This document shows positions 25,149 through 37,922 of a stretch of DNA of 64,000 nucleotides, one piece after another. The translations under genes and the position numbers were made by a program. This DNA is from Azolla caroliniana (taxonomy: Eukaryota; Plantae; Polypodiophyta), in contig JBHGNT010000006.1 in NCBI GenBank assembly GCA_043228905.1, positions 21,204,001 through 21,268,000 of the forward strand, in the 5' to 3' direction. The notes below the pieces were generated by a model. That model had not been told where the DNA came from. It did not search any database and saw only the letters and a list, made by a program, of their open reading frames with translations. Position 1 is the stretch's first letter; each line of letters begins with the position of its first letter.

Positions 25149-28100
25149 TGTCGGAACAGGGTGGGACCACCGGGGTCTTGAATGAAGGAGCCGATAAGAA
25201 AGTGAGAAGGAGAGGTATGGCTTTCTGGATTGCTTCCGGATAACTTTGTCAGAGCGCTACACAGACAAGTATTCGGACTGGATCAGTCTCCGAAAGTTGG
25301 ATGAGGAGCACACGGGCTCGAACACGCGAACTGCACTGGCCTGTTGCCGGATACCGAACGATGAGCACACAGGCTTAGAGACTCCGGTTAAACACACAAG
25401 CAGAGGGGACGGAGATAAGAGTGTAGACAGAAATAGAGAAAGACACTCAATGACATGGGGAGATCTGGATAGCAACAAAATGGTTGATTAACTTGGAATA
25501 ATAGAAATACAGTTGAACTCGGCCGGCAATAGAGCTTTGAGCTCTCCATGCACACACACAGATCCTGGGGAGCCTTTGGTCGGGAGCACATGGGCTTCCA
25601 ATGCGAACAGAGGGCTCACAAAAGCGCACCGGAAGGGACAGAACAGAAAACCAGAAGCTTGCCGAGGTCAATCTGACAACAGTTCCCTTTCCCAATCGTG
25701 GATCCCTCCTTACTCTTCTCTCCCTCCTTTTATAGCTCAAGGAAAGAGAGAGACCGTTACTCTTCTCTCCCTCCTTAACATTTGCGATGTTATCTACTGT
25801 CTTTGCTCCCGCTCGTATCGCTCGAGCTGGAGTTGAGTGCCAATCTAGTCATCATCTAGTTGTTCTACCAGCCGCCAATTGTTCGCCTGCCAGGGACAAG
25901 AAATCGTCTGACAACTCCTCCCAGATGGTTACAATACTCTTTGCATCTATCTTGTAGAAGTTGTCACCGTCCTTTCTCCGGTTTTCCGCATCCGCTTGCA
26001 GCGTCTGTAATTCTGCTGCTTGTGTGTCCATTTTGACCACCATTGCACTGAGCTTTCAGCAATCATACTCTTTGTTCGTTCTTTCCATGCCAGCACAATG
26101 GCACAGATCTGGTCGAGCCCCATCTTGGATTTGTCCTCCGCAACCTGCTTTTCCTCCTTTAACTTCTTTTTCAGGCCCACAGTTGCCTGTGCCTACACCT
26201 CATATTCCAGGAATTGAGTTTGATAAATGGTCTAAACTCTGTTCAGCGCCATCTTTGCTCGTTCCCTCTCCTCATAATGTTGCCAGTTGAGCTCCATCCG
26301 GTCCCTTGCCGCTTCTTCCAGTGCCTTTGCCATGTCGACCGTCTTGGTCCGTTCTTCTGCCAATGCCTCCGTCGCCCTGTTGACTTCCTTCCGGAGTTCC
26401 CTTACCTTCTCCTGCTGCCGGTCACCTTCTGTCATCAACTTCTTGTGTCTGCATCCAAATACTTGTGATCCCGGTGCAATCGTTCAAAATCCCTCGTCTT
26501 CTGCTTCAGCTTTTGGTTTATTTGGTGTTGGGCACGATCTTCCTGGTCTTTTTGTTGTCGGAGTTCTTCTTTGAGCCGCTTGATTTCGGTTCCCGCCGAT
26601 CGTTGGAGCTTATCCTTCTCTTGTAGCAGCTTCTCCTTTTCTTCCTTCAACCGGTCATTTAATTGGCAGCTTTTCCGGAGATTTTCTTCAAGTCTTCGTT
26701 TCTCATCCTCCGTTGCCTTCTTCTGCTCTAATTCTCTAGCCCTCAAGGCCTCCTGGGCTTCTAACTCTTCCCTGAGAGTGGAAAGTTCTTCCTCCCGTGT
26801 GATGCTTGTGTTTGGTGCTATAGGAGCTACCGGCGTGTTATCTGTCTTGTCAATCACCGGCACCACCGGTTCTGGTCCTGTCGGCCCTTGACTGACCTAT
26901 TTGGCCGTGTCTGCTTTGGCCTTCTCAATTTCTTCCTCCATGCTCCGGATCCTTGACCGGGCCTTCTCGAGTTCTTCGGTTGTGGCGAACAACCGATCCC
27001 GTTGTGCTCTCTCTTCCGCTTCAATTTGACTTACAACCCCAACCACTTGCTCTCCGATCCATTGCAACCATTGACTGTCGGTGCCTTGTTGCCTTGCCGG
27101 TTCCGGTTGCGGTGTTGGCTCTGCTATCGCCACAACCCCTAGTTGGATTGTTGTTTCTAGCGACAACTCCTTTTTTTGTTGTGCCTATCGACCCAATGAG
27201 ATTGGTACTTCCCTTGCCGTTACAAGCCATCAAGCTCTGTTTCCTTCATTGGCTCTGGTTCCTCGGAGTGGGGTGTCGATGTGCTGTCTTTTACTGGTCC
27301 CGATTCGTCCCCCTTCTGCTTTGAGTCGCTCCTCTTCTGGCGATGTAGGGGAGTGTCGGTGGGTTCTTCCTCCACCTTCTCCTCTTGGGTTCTCATGTTT
27401 ATACCTTGAGCCAAGTTAGGCGGCTCTTGCTCTTGCCGACGCAATTTGATTTTAAGAGACCTAACCGGTTGCTCTATCGGTGCCTCTGTCTCCGCCTGCC
27501 TCTTCCGACTAGGCTACTCCTTCCCTTTCTGTGATGAACCTCCCTCTGTCCAACTGGGCATGTGCTTGGCAAGGGGTTGTTGCCGCTTCGATGGCTTGTT
27601 TGGCGTCGTATCAGTTGTTCGGCCCCACGTCTTTGCCTTTAATGTCCGCACCAGCGGTACCAGGAGAGTAAGCCATTGAGCCACTGCTGTCCACACCTTC
27701 TTGCCATTTACCATCGATTGTATGGTCACTCGCAAACAATCAGTGATGATTACGGGCCAATCCACCTTTACCCCTTCGTATGTGGCGATGATGAATCCGG
27801 CTTTGTTCTTTGGCATTGCCGGGGGTCGGGGGTGCACAAACCCATACTCGTGGAGCACACGAGCTACTTCTCGGAATAAGGCATCGTCGCCGCCCTGTGT
27901 CCAGTACGCTTTGCTGGCCAGGGAATACTCCCCGAAGAACTTCGTCAGCGTCTCTAGGGAAGGATTCTCAATGGAGTAGATCCCTCCCTCTGGCAATCCG
28001 ATTAAGGCGCGGATGGCCTCCTCCGTGATTACTTCTAGGTCAATCTTCTTCGCGACCTTTTCCACTTCTTCGTGCGGAGGTGCCTCTGCTATCCGTAGGA

Positions 28101-28850
28101 AGCCCTCCAAGCCATGTTGCGTGAACCATTTCTTGGCCATCTCGGAAAGTGCCATGGGCTCTAGCGTGTCCTCTATTTCGGTGGTGGTGGAGAGCTTTGG
28201 TGTGCTTGTGGTAGCTTCTGGCGTTCGCCTAATCACCTGTATCTGCCTCTGTGTGCTAAGTGCTCTGTGTTCGTGAAATGAGAGAGACTTTGTTATGCAA
28301 AGGTTTTTTGTTCCCATTCTTGCCGCCTTTTTTCGATTCCTGCGCATGCACGTCGTGTGCTTTTAATAGTGGTTGTGTGACGCGTGGTGGGCTTTAAATG
28401 GCTTATGTCACACCGTTTCGAGGCGTCTGTTCATTTTTTAATGGCCTACATTCATTCTTTTTTTTTTCTTTTTTTTTTCCATGCGTGGTATTCTAAACCC
28501 TTGTATCCGGCAACACCGGATCCGTTGTATGTTCCTCCTCTTGGTAGATGGTTATCCGCTTGCCGTTCCCGGTTTCTGCTTCGGCATCCGGTTGTTTAAG
28601 CGGGTTTTGCGGCATTGGTCCATAATACGGTTTTAGTCAGAAACCGTTTACCCATTTTTCCACGACCTCGCCGGCCAACGTTCCTAGCTCATACGAGCCT
28701 TTAAACTCTCGTGTTATCCAGTACAGTTTGGTCCACCAGAACCGTAGCTTTCCCTGCATTTTGCCCATCTCGGTCTGAAATACTAACACCGTTTTGCCGA
28801 TTCCAAACATTTTCTCGTTCCCTTTCCGGTGCTGGTCGATGAACGCTTTC
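25149..28850 (-). mobile_element. 3' part of an Athila/Tat-like Ty3/gypsy: integrase C-terminus, long extra ORF and probable LTR
   Basis: rc of 28850-28600 encodes GKLRFWWTKLYWI..YELGTLAGEVVEKWVNGF*LKPYY (integrase tail). Extra ORF spans ~28160-25852. A minus-strand TATA box (~25730) and a TG terminus at 25149 suggest an LTR at ~25149-25780 (uncertain). Confidence 0.7.
25852..28155 (-). pseudogene. Extra ORF, copy 1: N-terminal plant-transposon-protein-like domain, polar linker, long coiled coil
   Basis: MALSEMAKKWF..GVKVDWPVII, followed by EEL..ELEQKK..RLKEE heptads. Near-identical inverted copy at 55285-57588. Confidence 0.7.
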
Positions 28851-28879
28851 CATCAGACGATCGAAGAATTGGTTGAGAT

Positions 28880-31230
28880 GAAAAATCGGACGATCGAAGA
28901 ATTGGTCAGGGCAATGCTTGAGGAGAAGCATATGCCAAAATTCTATTGGGCCAAAGTTATCAGGATGGCGGTATACTTGCAGAATCGGACTTCCACAAAT
29001 GGAGGGGTGTCGCCACACGAGCTGTACTTTGGGAAGAAGTCGAATTTGGCACACTTCAGGGTTTTCGGTCGTGTTGCATATGTGCATGTGCCAAAGGAAA
29101 AGTGGAGGAAGCTGGACGCGAAAGGCCAAAAATGTATCTTGGTTGGCTATTGGGATGAGCAGAAGGGTTATAAGTGTTATAACCCCCCCACGAAAGAGGT
29201 TCGAGTAAGTTGAGATGTCATTTTCGACGAGTTGGCTTTGTGGTACATGCCCTCACCTCCTACTCCCATCCACTTCGTTTTGAATTCTGAGGATGAGGCC
29301 AGTGAGGCTGAGATGCCCCTTGATGAAGAGGAAATCGGAACTCTAGAAGAGAGTCCAGTCTCATTTTGGCCAAGTGGGCCGAATGAGCGACTGAGTCGAA
29401 CAGACTAGTCGGATGAAGAGTCGACGAGTAGTGGAGACTCGGTCATGCAGTCCCCGCGCCAGAAATTGAGGAGATGATTTACGTGCAAGTAGAAAGGGAA
29501 GATGAAGATGCCGGAATATGGCACCGAGGCCGAAACGTCGGATCAAAGTGAATTCGACATGGCTAGAAGTAAGGAGGGACCTTAGAAAATGGGGTCAACG
29601 TCAGTTGAGAGGGCCACGAAATGGGCGAACCAGAAGTTGCGCCGATCCACCCACCGAAAGAATCCCATAATTCAGTACGAGTACAATGAGTATATGGCAC
29701 ATCATTATGCATATATGGCAAAGGTGGAAAATGTGCATGAGCCAGAGAGCTATGTAAAAGCGGCCAAGGACGCGAATTGGCGTGCCGCTATGGGGGAAGA
29801 GATGCGCGCGCTAACGGAGAACGAAACTAGGGACCTGGTTGACGCCCCCAAGGGTGTGAAGCCGATCGGATGCAGGTGGGTGCACAAGGTCAAGTAAAAC
29901 GCCAACGGCTCGGTCAACCGATATAAGACTTGATTAGTGGCGAAGGGCTATGCGCATAAACACGACATCAATTACGATGAGACCTTCACACCAGTCGCGG
30001 AGATGACCACTATCCGTGTATTGTTGGTGGTAGTAACGGAAAAGGGGTGGCACTTACATCAAATGGATGTAAAGAATGCGTTCCTGCAAGGCGATCTTGA
30101 GGAATAGGTGTACATGGTACAACCCGCCGTATTTCTATCCGAACGAAACACCTCGGCAGTTTGCCGATTGAAGAAGTCGTTGTATGGACTGAAGCAAGCC
30201 CCGCATGCTTGGAACGCAAAGATCACACAAATGTTGCGTAATACGGGGTTTGCTCCATCAAAATCGGACTCTTCACTGTTCATTTGTCCAAGTTGGACTG
30301 GACCGATTAGCCTTCTACTATATGTCGATGATCTAGTCATTGCCGATGCCGACCTCAAAGAAATCGGCTGAGTAAAGTCTCAGCTTGCACGATCATTCGA
30401 GATGCAGGATCTGGGGGACCTTCATTACTTCCTCGAGATCGAAGTGATCCAAGCCCCCGAAGGCATATTGATCAGCCAACGCCATTATGTGTTGAATATT
30501 CTCTTCAAGTTTGGGATGACAGATTGTAAGTCCATCTCAACCCCTCTAGACAGAAACGTAAAGCTTCGCCGAGACTTGGGAGAGGCTTGTGACCCGACAC
30601 TGTTCTGACAAATTTTCGGGAGCCTTTTTTATTTGACAATCACTCGGCCAGACCTCGGCTACCCGGTCGACCTGATTAGTCAATTCATGTTGCAGCCAAA
30701 GACCGAACACCTTCAGTGCGCGCAAAGGATATATTGTGATATGTTAGTAGCACTAAGGATAGGCCATTGTTTTATCGGGCAGGAGTAGCCGAAGAGTTAG
30801 TCGGCTACATGGATGTCGATTGGGCCAAAAATGCAGGCAATCGTAGGTCAACATCTGGGCTTGTATTTTCACAGGGAAGCGCCGCGATCGCTTGGAGCAG
30901 TAAAGAGTCGAAAGAATTCCGAAAGGCCGTTGAGGGCCTAAATTCCTATTCTGGTAAATAGGATTATTGTAGGCCGAATTAGTGTCAGGTTCATTTATGA
31001 GCATTCAAGTACTGATGGTACTTGTGTCAACCCACTCGCTAGGGGCTTGTATAAAAAGTTCTTAGCATAGTGTATGTACAGAGTGTTCATTATTCGAAAT
31101 AGAAGTTGTTGTGTGCTCTCTCTGTCTCTGTCTCACACCATTCTTTGTGTTTACCTAACTGTTGAGTTTCCGAAACCAGCTGTGTACTCAATGTCTATTG
31201 CACACACTTCCACACGTATTCTTTTCCACA
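28880..31230 (+). mobile_element. Degenerate Copia B-family relative (IN-RT, truncated RNase H fused to an LTR remnant)
   Basis: Colinear with 9230-11225 ([31 protein letters not shown]). LTR-like sequence from ~30905 (gagcattcaagtactg..cttgtataaaa). Confidence 0.85.
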
Positions 31231-31309
31231 TATGTTTGTACATCAAGAACATTTCATGTGCATTTGTGCACACCCCTGTTCATGCGCATTTGGCGAGTTT
31301 TCTCCTAAT

Positions 31310-31604
31310 AACCGGAATCCTCCATGACATCCAACCCCACCAAACAACACATCCTTCGACATGTGCCAAGTAGTGAAGCGGTGGGGATTCTGGATCAGTC
31401 CTTACTCGTCCTCTCCCAAACCGTCGCCGATCTGATCCTCATCCAACTCCTCGTCCTTGTTGGCGCTTACGACCTCTACCTCCGGATCCGGTTCCGCTTC
31501 GTGTCATTTCTTGAATGCCTTTATCTGCTTCCCCGCAAACGGTACTGCTATCCTTGTCCCGTCAAGCTCCGCAAGGTGATACATGGTATTGTCGTTGGCA
31601 CTTG
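31310..31604 (-). mobile_element. Fragment of the integrase 3' end of the Trp-primed Gypsy family
   Basis: 31555-31604 matches 39225-39272 (SANDN.TYHLAELDG). Confidence 0.65.
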
Positions 31605-32042
31605 TGTTGAGGGGACAAGCTCAACCGGATTTGGATTGGTTGAATAAGCTGGAGCCTGATCAATATCCGGAACGGAGAACTGGATAGGTATCCGAAACCA
31701 AGACACGGATCGGATTGTAACCACTAGGCCGTTAGAGGCCTACGATCTTAGCCTAGTACGTAGTCATATTTTTAGGAGTTAGTGTCAGTTGACGCGAAAT
31801 TTGCGGAATATTACTCGGCCACAACCGAGTCTCAGATTCTGTCGTTTCGAATCGAACACCGAGAATGGGAATGGAGGTGAATACACGTACACACAGACAA
31901 TATGAGAGAGGGTACACATTATGTTTACGTGGAAAACCCTAAATGGGAAAAACCACGGGAGTCCACAAACTCCAACTATCACTATGTCGAGAGGAATACA
32001 ACAAGTGAACACAAAGGTAACAACCTCTTGCTAAACAGAGAT

Positions 32043-32082
<40 letters not shown>

Positions 32083-35000
32083 ACTCAGTACAACAGTTAC
32101 ACTCAATAACTCTATACAACAAATAATGACCACACACCATATGTGTTTGCCCTAGGTCATATTTATACTAATATGACATTAGGACTATTTACAAATATAG
32201 CTCCAATGGGCTCTTAGAAACATATTTACCTATATGTCCCTTCATCCCGTGAGAGGTTCTCACCGGGTCTACATCATCCGGTTCTCACCGGTTCTTCCAT
32301 GCCAGGTACTCATCATTTGGTTCTCACCGTGTCTTCCATTGCCGGGTACTCATATCCCATCTAGAGGGACCAAAATCCTAACAAACTCCCCCTTCACTCT
32401 GGCATGGGATGCCTCATCAATCCGATCCTCTTCCGGCATGCGTCCAACTTGTCAGGTGTCAGCACCTTGGTCAGCATGTCTGACCCGTTCTCGTCCGTGT
32501 GGATCTTCGTCAGCACAAACTCTCGATCTTCTACTCACTCCTGGATCCAGTGGTATCTGCACTGGATGTGCTTCGTCCGGGAATGGTAGGTGGATGGTAC
32601 TCTGACTGTGACCGTAGTAGAGCTGGTATTCCTCTTGCCGGATCCCTAGCTCTTCGATGAAGTCCTTCATCCATAATATTTCCTTGCCGGCTTCCACAGC
32701 CGCCATGTACTCCGCTTCCGTGGTTGACAACGCAACCGTCTTCTGTAGCCTCGACTGCCACGAAACAGCTCCCCCTACATATGTCATAACATATCCCGAT
32801 GTTGACCGGCTGGTATCTGCATCAGCCGACATATCCGAGTCGGTGAAACTGTCAAGTTGGGGTTTACCGGAGCCAAATCGGAGACACATACTTGAGGTGC
32901 CTTTCAAGTATCGGAGTATCCATTTTTTTGCATTCCATTGCTCATTGCTAGGATTGCTCATAAACCGGCTCACCACTCCGACTGCATATCTGATATCCGA
33001 TCAGGCACACACCATTGCGTACATTAAGCTCTCGACGGCAGAGGCATATGGTATCTTCATCACATCCTCCTTCTCTGCCTTCGTCTTCGGGCTTTGCTTA
33101 CCGGATAACCTGTAGTTTGCTAGTAATGTCGATCCGATCGATTTCACATCTGACATGTTGAACCGCTGAAGCACCTTTATCACGTACTCCTCCTGTGACA
33201 GCCACAATTGCTTCTTTGACCGGTCCCGGATGATATGCATTCCTAGTATCTATCTTGCCAGACCCAAGTCTTTCATTGAGAAGGTCCGGTTCAGAGCCTT
33301 CTTCAGCGTCCGTATCTTGACTTGGTCTCGTCCGACGATCAACATGTCGTCCACGTGCAGGAGGAGTATCAGGAAGTCTCCACCTTCAAACTTCTTCACA
33401 AACACGCAGTGATCGGCCTGCGTCTTATGGTATCCTTGATCAGTCATGAAGGAGTCGAACTTCCGGTACCATTGCCGGGGAGCCTGCTTCAAACCGTAGA
33501 GGCTCTTCTTCAACCGACAAACCATGTGCTCCTTCCCTTTCTTCACAAATCCCTCCGGTTGCTACATGTAGATCTCCTCTTTGAGGTCACCGTGGAGGAA
33601 CGTCGTCTTCACGTCTAACTGCTCTACCTCGAGGTCCATGCTTTCCGCTATGCTCAACACCATCTGGATGGAAGTCATCTTTACTACCGGGGCAAATATC
33701 TCGTCGAAGTGCACTCCCTTCTTCTGCTAGAACCCCTTCACCACGATCCTGGCTTTGTACCTTGGGGGGTTGCCGGCATCTCCCGGTTTCAACTTGTACA
33801 CCCACTTATTCCGGAGTGCCTACTTTCCTTTTGGCAACTCCACCAATTCATATGTGTGGTTCTCATGTAGGGAATCCATCTTGTCCTGCATGGCACTCAA
33901 CCACTTGTGGTTGTGGGTGTCCTCCTTTGCTTCTTCGAAGCTTTCTAGCTCCCCCTCATCGGTTAGCAACACGCGCTCTACATCTGGAAATCTCTGGGGG
34001 GGCCTTCTCTCTCTAAGAGGATATCTGTGTCTTTGGTTTCCGGCAACTGGCTCCTCTGTTTGTTCTTCATCCGAATCCAATTCGGGATCTTGGCCGGTTC
34101 CGGTTCCTGCTTCCTCTTCTTCTTCTACTGGTTCGATGTCCTCTCCGTAACTGGCCGGTTCTTCGAGTGTCAACCGGCTCTTAGCCAGGTAGGTCCGTAT
34201 CTCATCGAATCGGTCCTTTCCGGTCAACTCAGAGTTCATTATCTTCTTCTCCGACTCCCAGTCAACAAGAGTCTTGTCCTCCATGAAGATAATATCTCGA
34301 CTCCGGAACACCTTCTTGTCGCCAGGGTCCCACACTCGGTAGCCAAACTCATCATCGCCGTATCCGGGGAATATGCAAGGCCGGGACTTTGGATCCAACT
34401 TTGCTCTCCGGTCCTTTGCAACATGCATGTAAGCGAGACACCCGAACACCTTCAGGTGCTGGTAAGACACTTCCTTACCGGTCCATACTCTTTGTGGCGT
34501 GTCTCCGTCCAAGGGCACTGAGGGTGATTTGTTTATCACATATGTCATTGTCGACAGCGCCTCAGCCCAAAACGTCTTGGGTAGCTAAGCATGTGCTAGC
34601 ATACTTCGAACCCTCTCCATTATGGTCCGGTTCATCCTCTCGGCCAACCCGTTTAGTTCCGGCGTCTTCGACACAGTAAATTTGAGCCAAATTCCCTTCG
34701 AGTGGCAATACTCCTCAAACTACCCCTGGTATTCGCCTCTGTTATCTGCTCGAATTGCCTTCAGCTTCTGACCAGTTTCTCTTTCCACTCTCGCGTGGAG
34801 CTCCTTGAAGGTGGATAACACTTGATCGTTCGTCTTCAATGGCGAGACCCACAACTTCTGACTGTGGTAATCTATGAACGTCACGAAGTATTGCGATCTG
34901 GCATGTGACTTCGTGTCCACTTGACACACATTGGTATGCACCAGCTGTAGTGGTGCATTATGTCTCATCAGTGGCCTTGAGCGGAATGAGGTCCGGTTTT

Positions 35001-36682
35001 GCTTACCGGCCAGGCAGTCGGTGCACTTCTCAAGATGCACGTCTTTCACCAGAATGAGGTTGTCATCGGCAAGCCTTTTTATCCCCTTCTCGCTCATGTG
35101 ACACAGTCTCTTGTGCAACAAGTCACCGGTAGTGTCGAATGCAACGTTCACTTCTTCCAGGCATAATCGGGCATTCATTAGGTATAGAGTGTTGACTTTC
35201 CAGGCCCGAGCCACTATTAGGCTCCCTTTGCAGAACTTCATGACACCGTTCCGGATGCTACTTGTGTAGCATTCATCATCTAACTGACCGGCTGATATCA
35301 GGTTCAGTCGAACCTCCGGAACGTGTCGAACATCCTTCAACAACAACTTGCATCTGGTTGATGTCATCAACAACACATCTCCTAGGGTAATAATTCGGCA
35401 TGTCCCTTCATTCCCCATCCGGACATAACCGTGCTCACCGGTTGTATAGGATGAGAAGCATTTCCGGTCCGGGGTAAGGTGGAACGATGCTCCGGAATCG
35501 ACAACCCACGTTGTCTCGTTGCCGACAAGGTTCAACTCACTCTCCTCAGTGATGAGCATCAACTCTTCTTCACTTGCCACGATTGCCGTCGTTCCCTTCC
35601 GGTTCAGTCCCCTCCGGTCTTTATCGTTCCGGTCCGGTGACTGCTTCAAATCGGTACCGTCGGTTTCCTTGTCTTTTCGGAAGTGCCAATAGTTCTTCTG
35701 GAAGTGTCCCGGCTTGCCACAATACAAGCAAGTAGGCCTCCCCCTTGACTTTGACTGTGTCCCCGACTTTTCCCGGTTCTAGGGACTACGGTTCCTTTGT
35801 CTTCCGCGTTCCAATTCGGTGAGGAGCGCTTTGGAGTCGGAGATCGTATCCTTGTCTTTCCGATGCGCCACCTCATCTAGCAAGCTCGACTTGACTCTAG
35901 CTAGGGACAATTGCTTCCCTTACGGCACGGTGTTGCCCAATGTGACAACCAACGTCTCCCAGCTATCCGGGAGGGAGCTGAGTAGGAGTAGTGCTAGTAC
36001 CTCATCGGCAAGAGGTACTTCCAGCGATGTGACTTGGTTTATCAGCCCCGAGAAGGCATTCATGTGCTCCGGAATACTGAAACCCGATTAACGACATTTT
36101 TGTTCTGGAACATAATGCCGATCTTCTCCCAGAGCTCATGAGCCTTACTCTCCTCATTAAAATGGTTGTACGGGCTCATGTCAATGAAACATCGGATGTA
36201 TGCCGTTGTCTTCATGTGCATTACCTCCCACACTGTGGTGTCGATCTTACCCGGTCTCTTGTCCTCGAATTGAACCAGAAACCAAAGATCTTTAACCACA
36301 AGCATGACCCTCATCTTCAACTTCCACACTGAGTAGTTGGAGCTGGTGAGCTTGAACATGCCTCCCAACGAATCTTCCATTTTCTGTGTCATTTCGCTCT
36401 GATACCAGATTGATGCGAAATATTACTCGGCCACAACCGAGTCTCAAATTGTGTCGTATCGAATCGAACACCGAGAATGGGAATGGAGGTGAATACACGT
36501 ACACACAGACAATATGAGAGAGGGTAAACAATATGTTTATGTGGAAAACCCTAAATGGGAAAAACCACGGGAGTCCACAAACTCCAACTATCACTATGTC
36601 GAGAGGAATACAACAAGTGAACACAAAGGTAACAACCTCTTGCTCACAATCTTTGCCTGGCGGCGGTTAACAGAGACTCGCG

Positions 36683-36713
<31 letters not shown>

Positions 36714-37222
36714 CCTTTCACTCAGTACAACAGTTACACTCAATAACTCTATACAACAAATAATGACCACACACCATATGTGTTTGCCCTAGGTCATATT
36801 TATACTAATATGACATTAGGACTATTTACAAATATAGCCCCAATGGGCTCTCAGAAACATATTTACCTATATGTCCCTTCATCCGGTGAGAGGTTCTCAC
36901 CAGGCCTGCATCATCCGGTTCTCACTGGGTCTTCCTTGCTAGGTACTCATCATTTGGTTCTCATCAGGTCTTCGGTTGCCGAGTACTCATATCCCATCCG
37001 GAGGGACCAAAATCCTAACATCAGTCACTCGTATGAGCATTGATGTACATAGAAGTCCTTTTAAGGACATGTATAAAAGTGCTCACGGAGCACATTGTAT
37101 GTACAGAGTATTATTACTTTTGAATTAGAGTTCATTGTTCTGCTCTCTCTCTATGTCTCCCATGTACACTCTCTTTATGTGATTAAGTTTTCCATTAAAC
37201 CTACATACATTTTCTATTAACA
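31605..37222 (+). mobile_element. Copia B-family-like LTR (31605-31789 + 37021-37222) split by Copia C
   Basis: Starts TGTTGAGGGGACAAGCTCAAC, resumes after Copia C with tgagcattgatgtac..gtataaaagtg, and ends TTAACA. No matching TSD. Confidence 0.65.
31790..37020 (-). mobile_element. Copia C: Tnt1/Tork-like Ty1/copia, decayed
   Basis: LTRs at 31790-32383 and 36411-37020. TSD TCAGT at 31785-31789 and 37021-37025. PBS TGGTATCAGAGCGA (rc 36394-36407). PPT (rc 32384-32393). Gag ATG at 36392, protease WVVDSGASFH, integrase, RT LHVDDML, RNase H ALSTTEAEY. Confidence 0.96.
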
Positions 37223-37224
37223 TC

Positions 37225-37922
37225 CCGAGTTCGTGGTTGACGATGGGATCACTCCAAAGAACACTCCCCACTGAAGAGGACCTACGCTTTCGCCAGGCGG
37301 TCCAATGCACGACGTGCCTTAACCCCGGGCACTCAACAATAGAGTCCACGATGAGATCGCAGTGCATGCTATGCCATTCCCGGTCACATACAATGGACCG
37401 CTGTGAGTACAACCTGCTGAATTGGCTAGATGCACCAATCCGGCACATCAAGACCTGGAATGACTAGGAGGACAAAGAAGAACGATTTCAGCGAGACGAT
37501 CGCTACCGACTGGTACAAGACGTCCGATACAGTGACTGATGGGACGATTATGACTAGGACCCGAACGAGAGAAGCTGTGACTATAATGACGATCGTTATA
37601 ATCGAGATTACTCCCCCGGCTATGATCAGAGAAGAGAGGATCAACGGGAAGACTATGAAGACCGACGCCAGGAAGGATACCGGAACAACCAACCCTATAA
37701 TAAAAAATGGATCGTTGGGAACTGGCAAAGGATTACCAACGAGAGCTGAATAGAAGCATAACTAGTGCTCAAATGGAACAGAGAAGAGTAGAGGAGCCTA
37801 ACCGGGTAGTATCCGGATTTCAACTGGGTAACATGCAAAAAGTAGAGTCTAGCAATACACGGAAGGCGTATTGCTACTATTGCCGCCAGGAGGGACACTA
37901 CAACAACCAATGTCCGGTATAG
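37225..37922 (+). pseudogene. Retroelement gag-like fragment with three CCHC-type knuckles and a D/R/Y-rich linker
   Basis: CTTCLNPGHSTIES, CMLCHSRSHTMDRC and CYYCRQEGHYNNQC. Homologous to the minus-strand fragment at 58300-57900. Confidence 0.7.
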
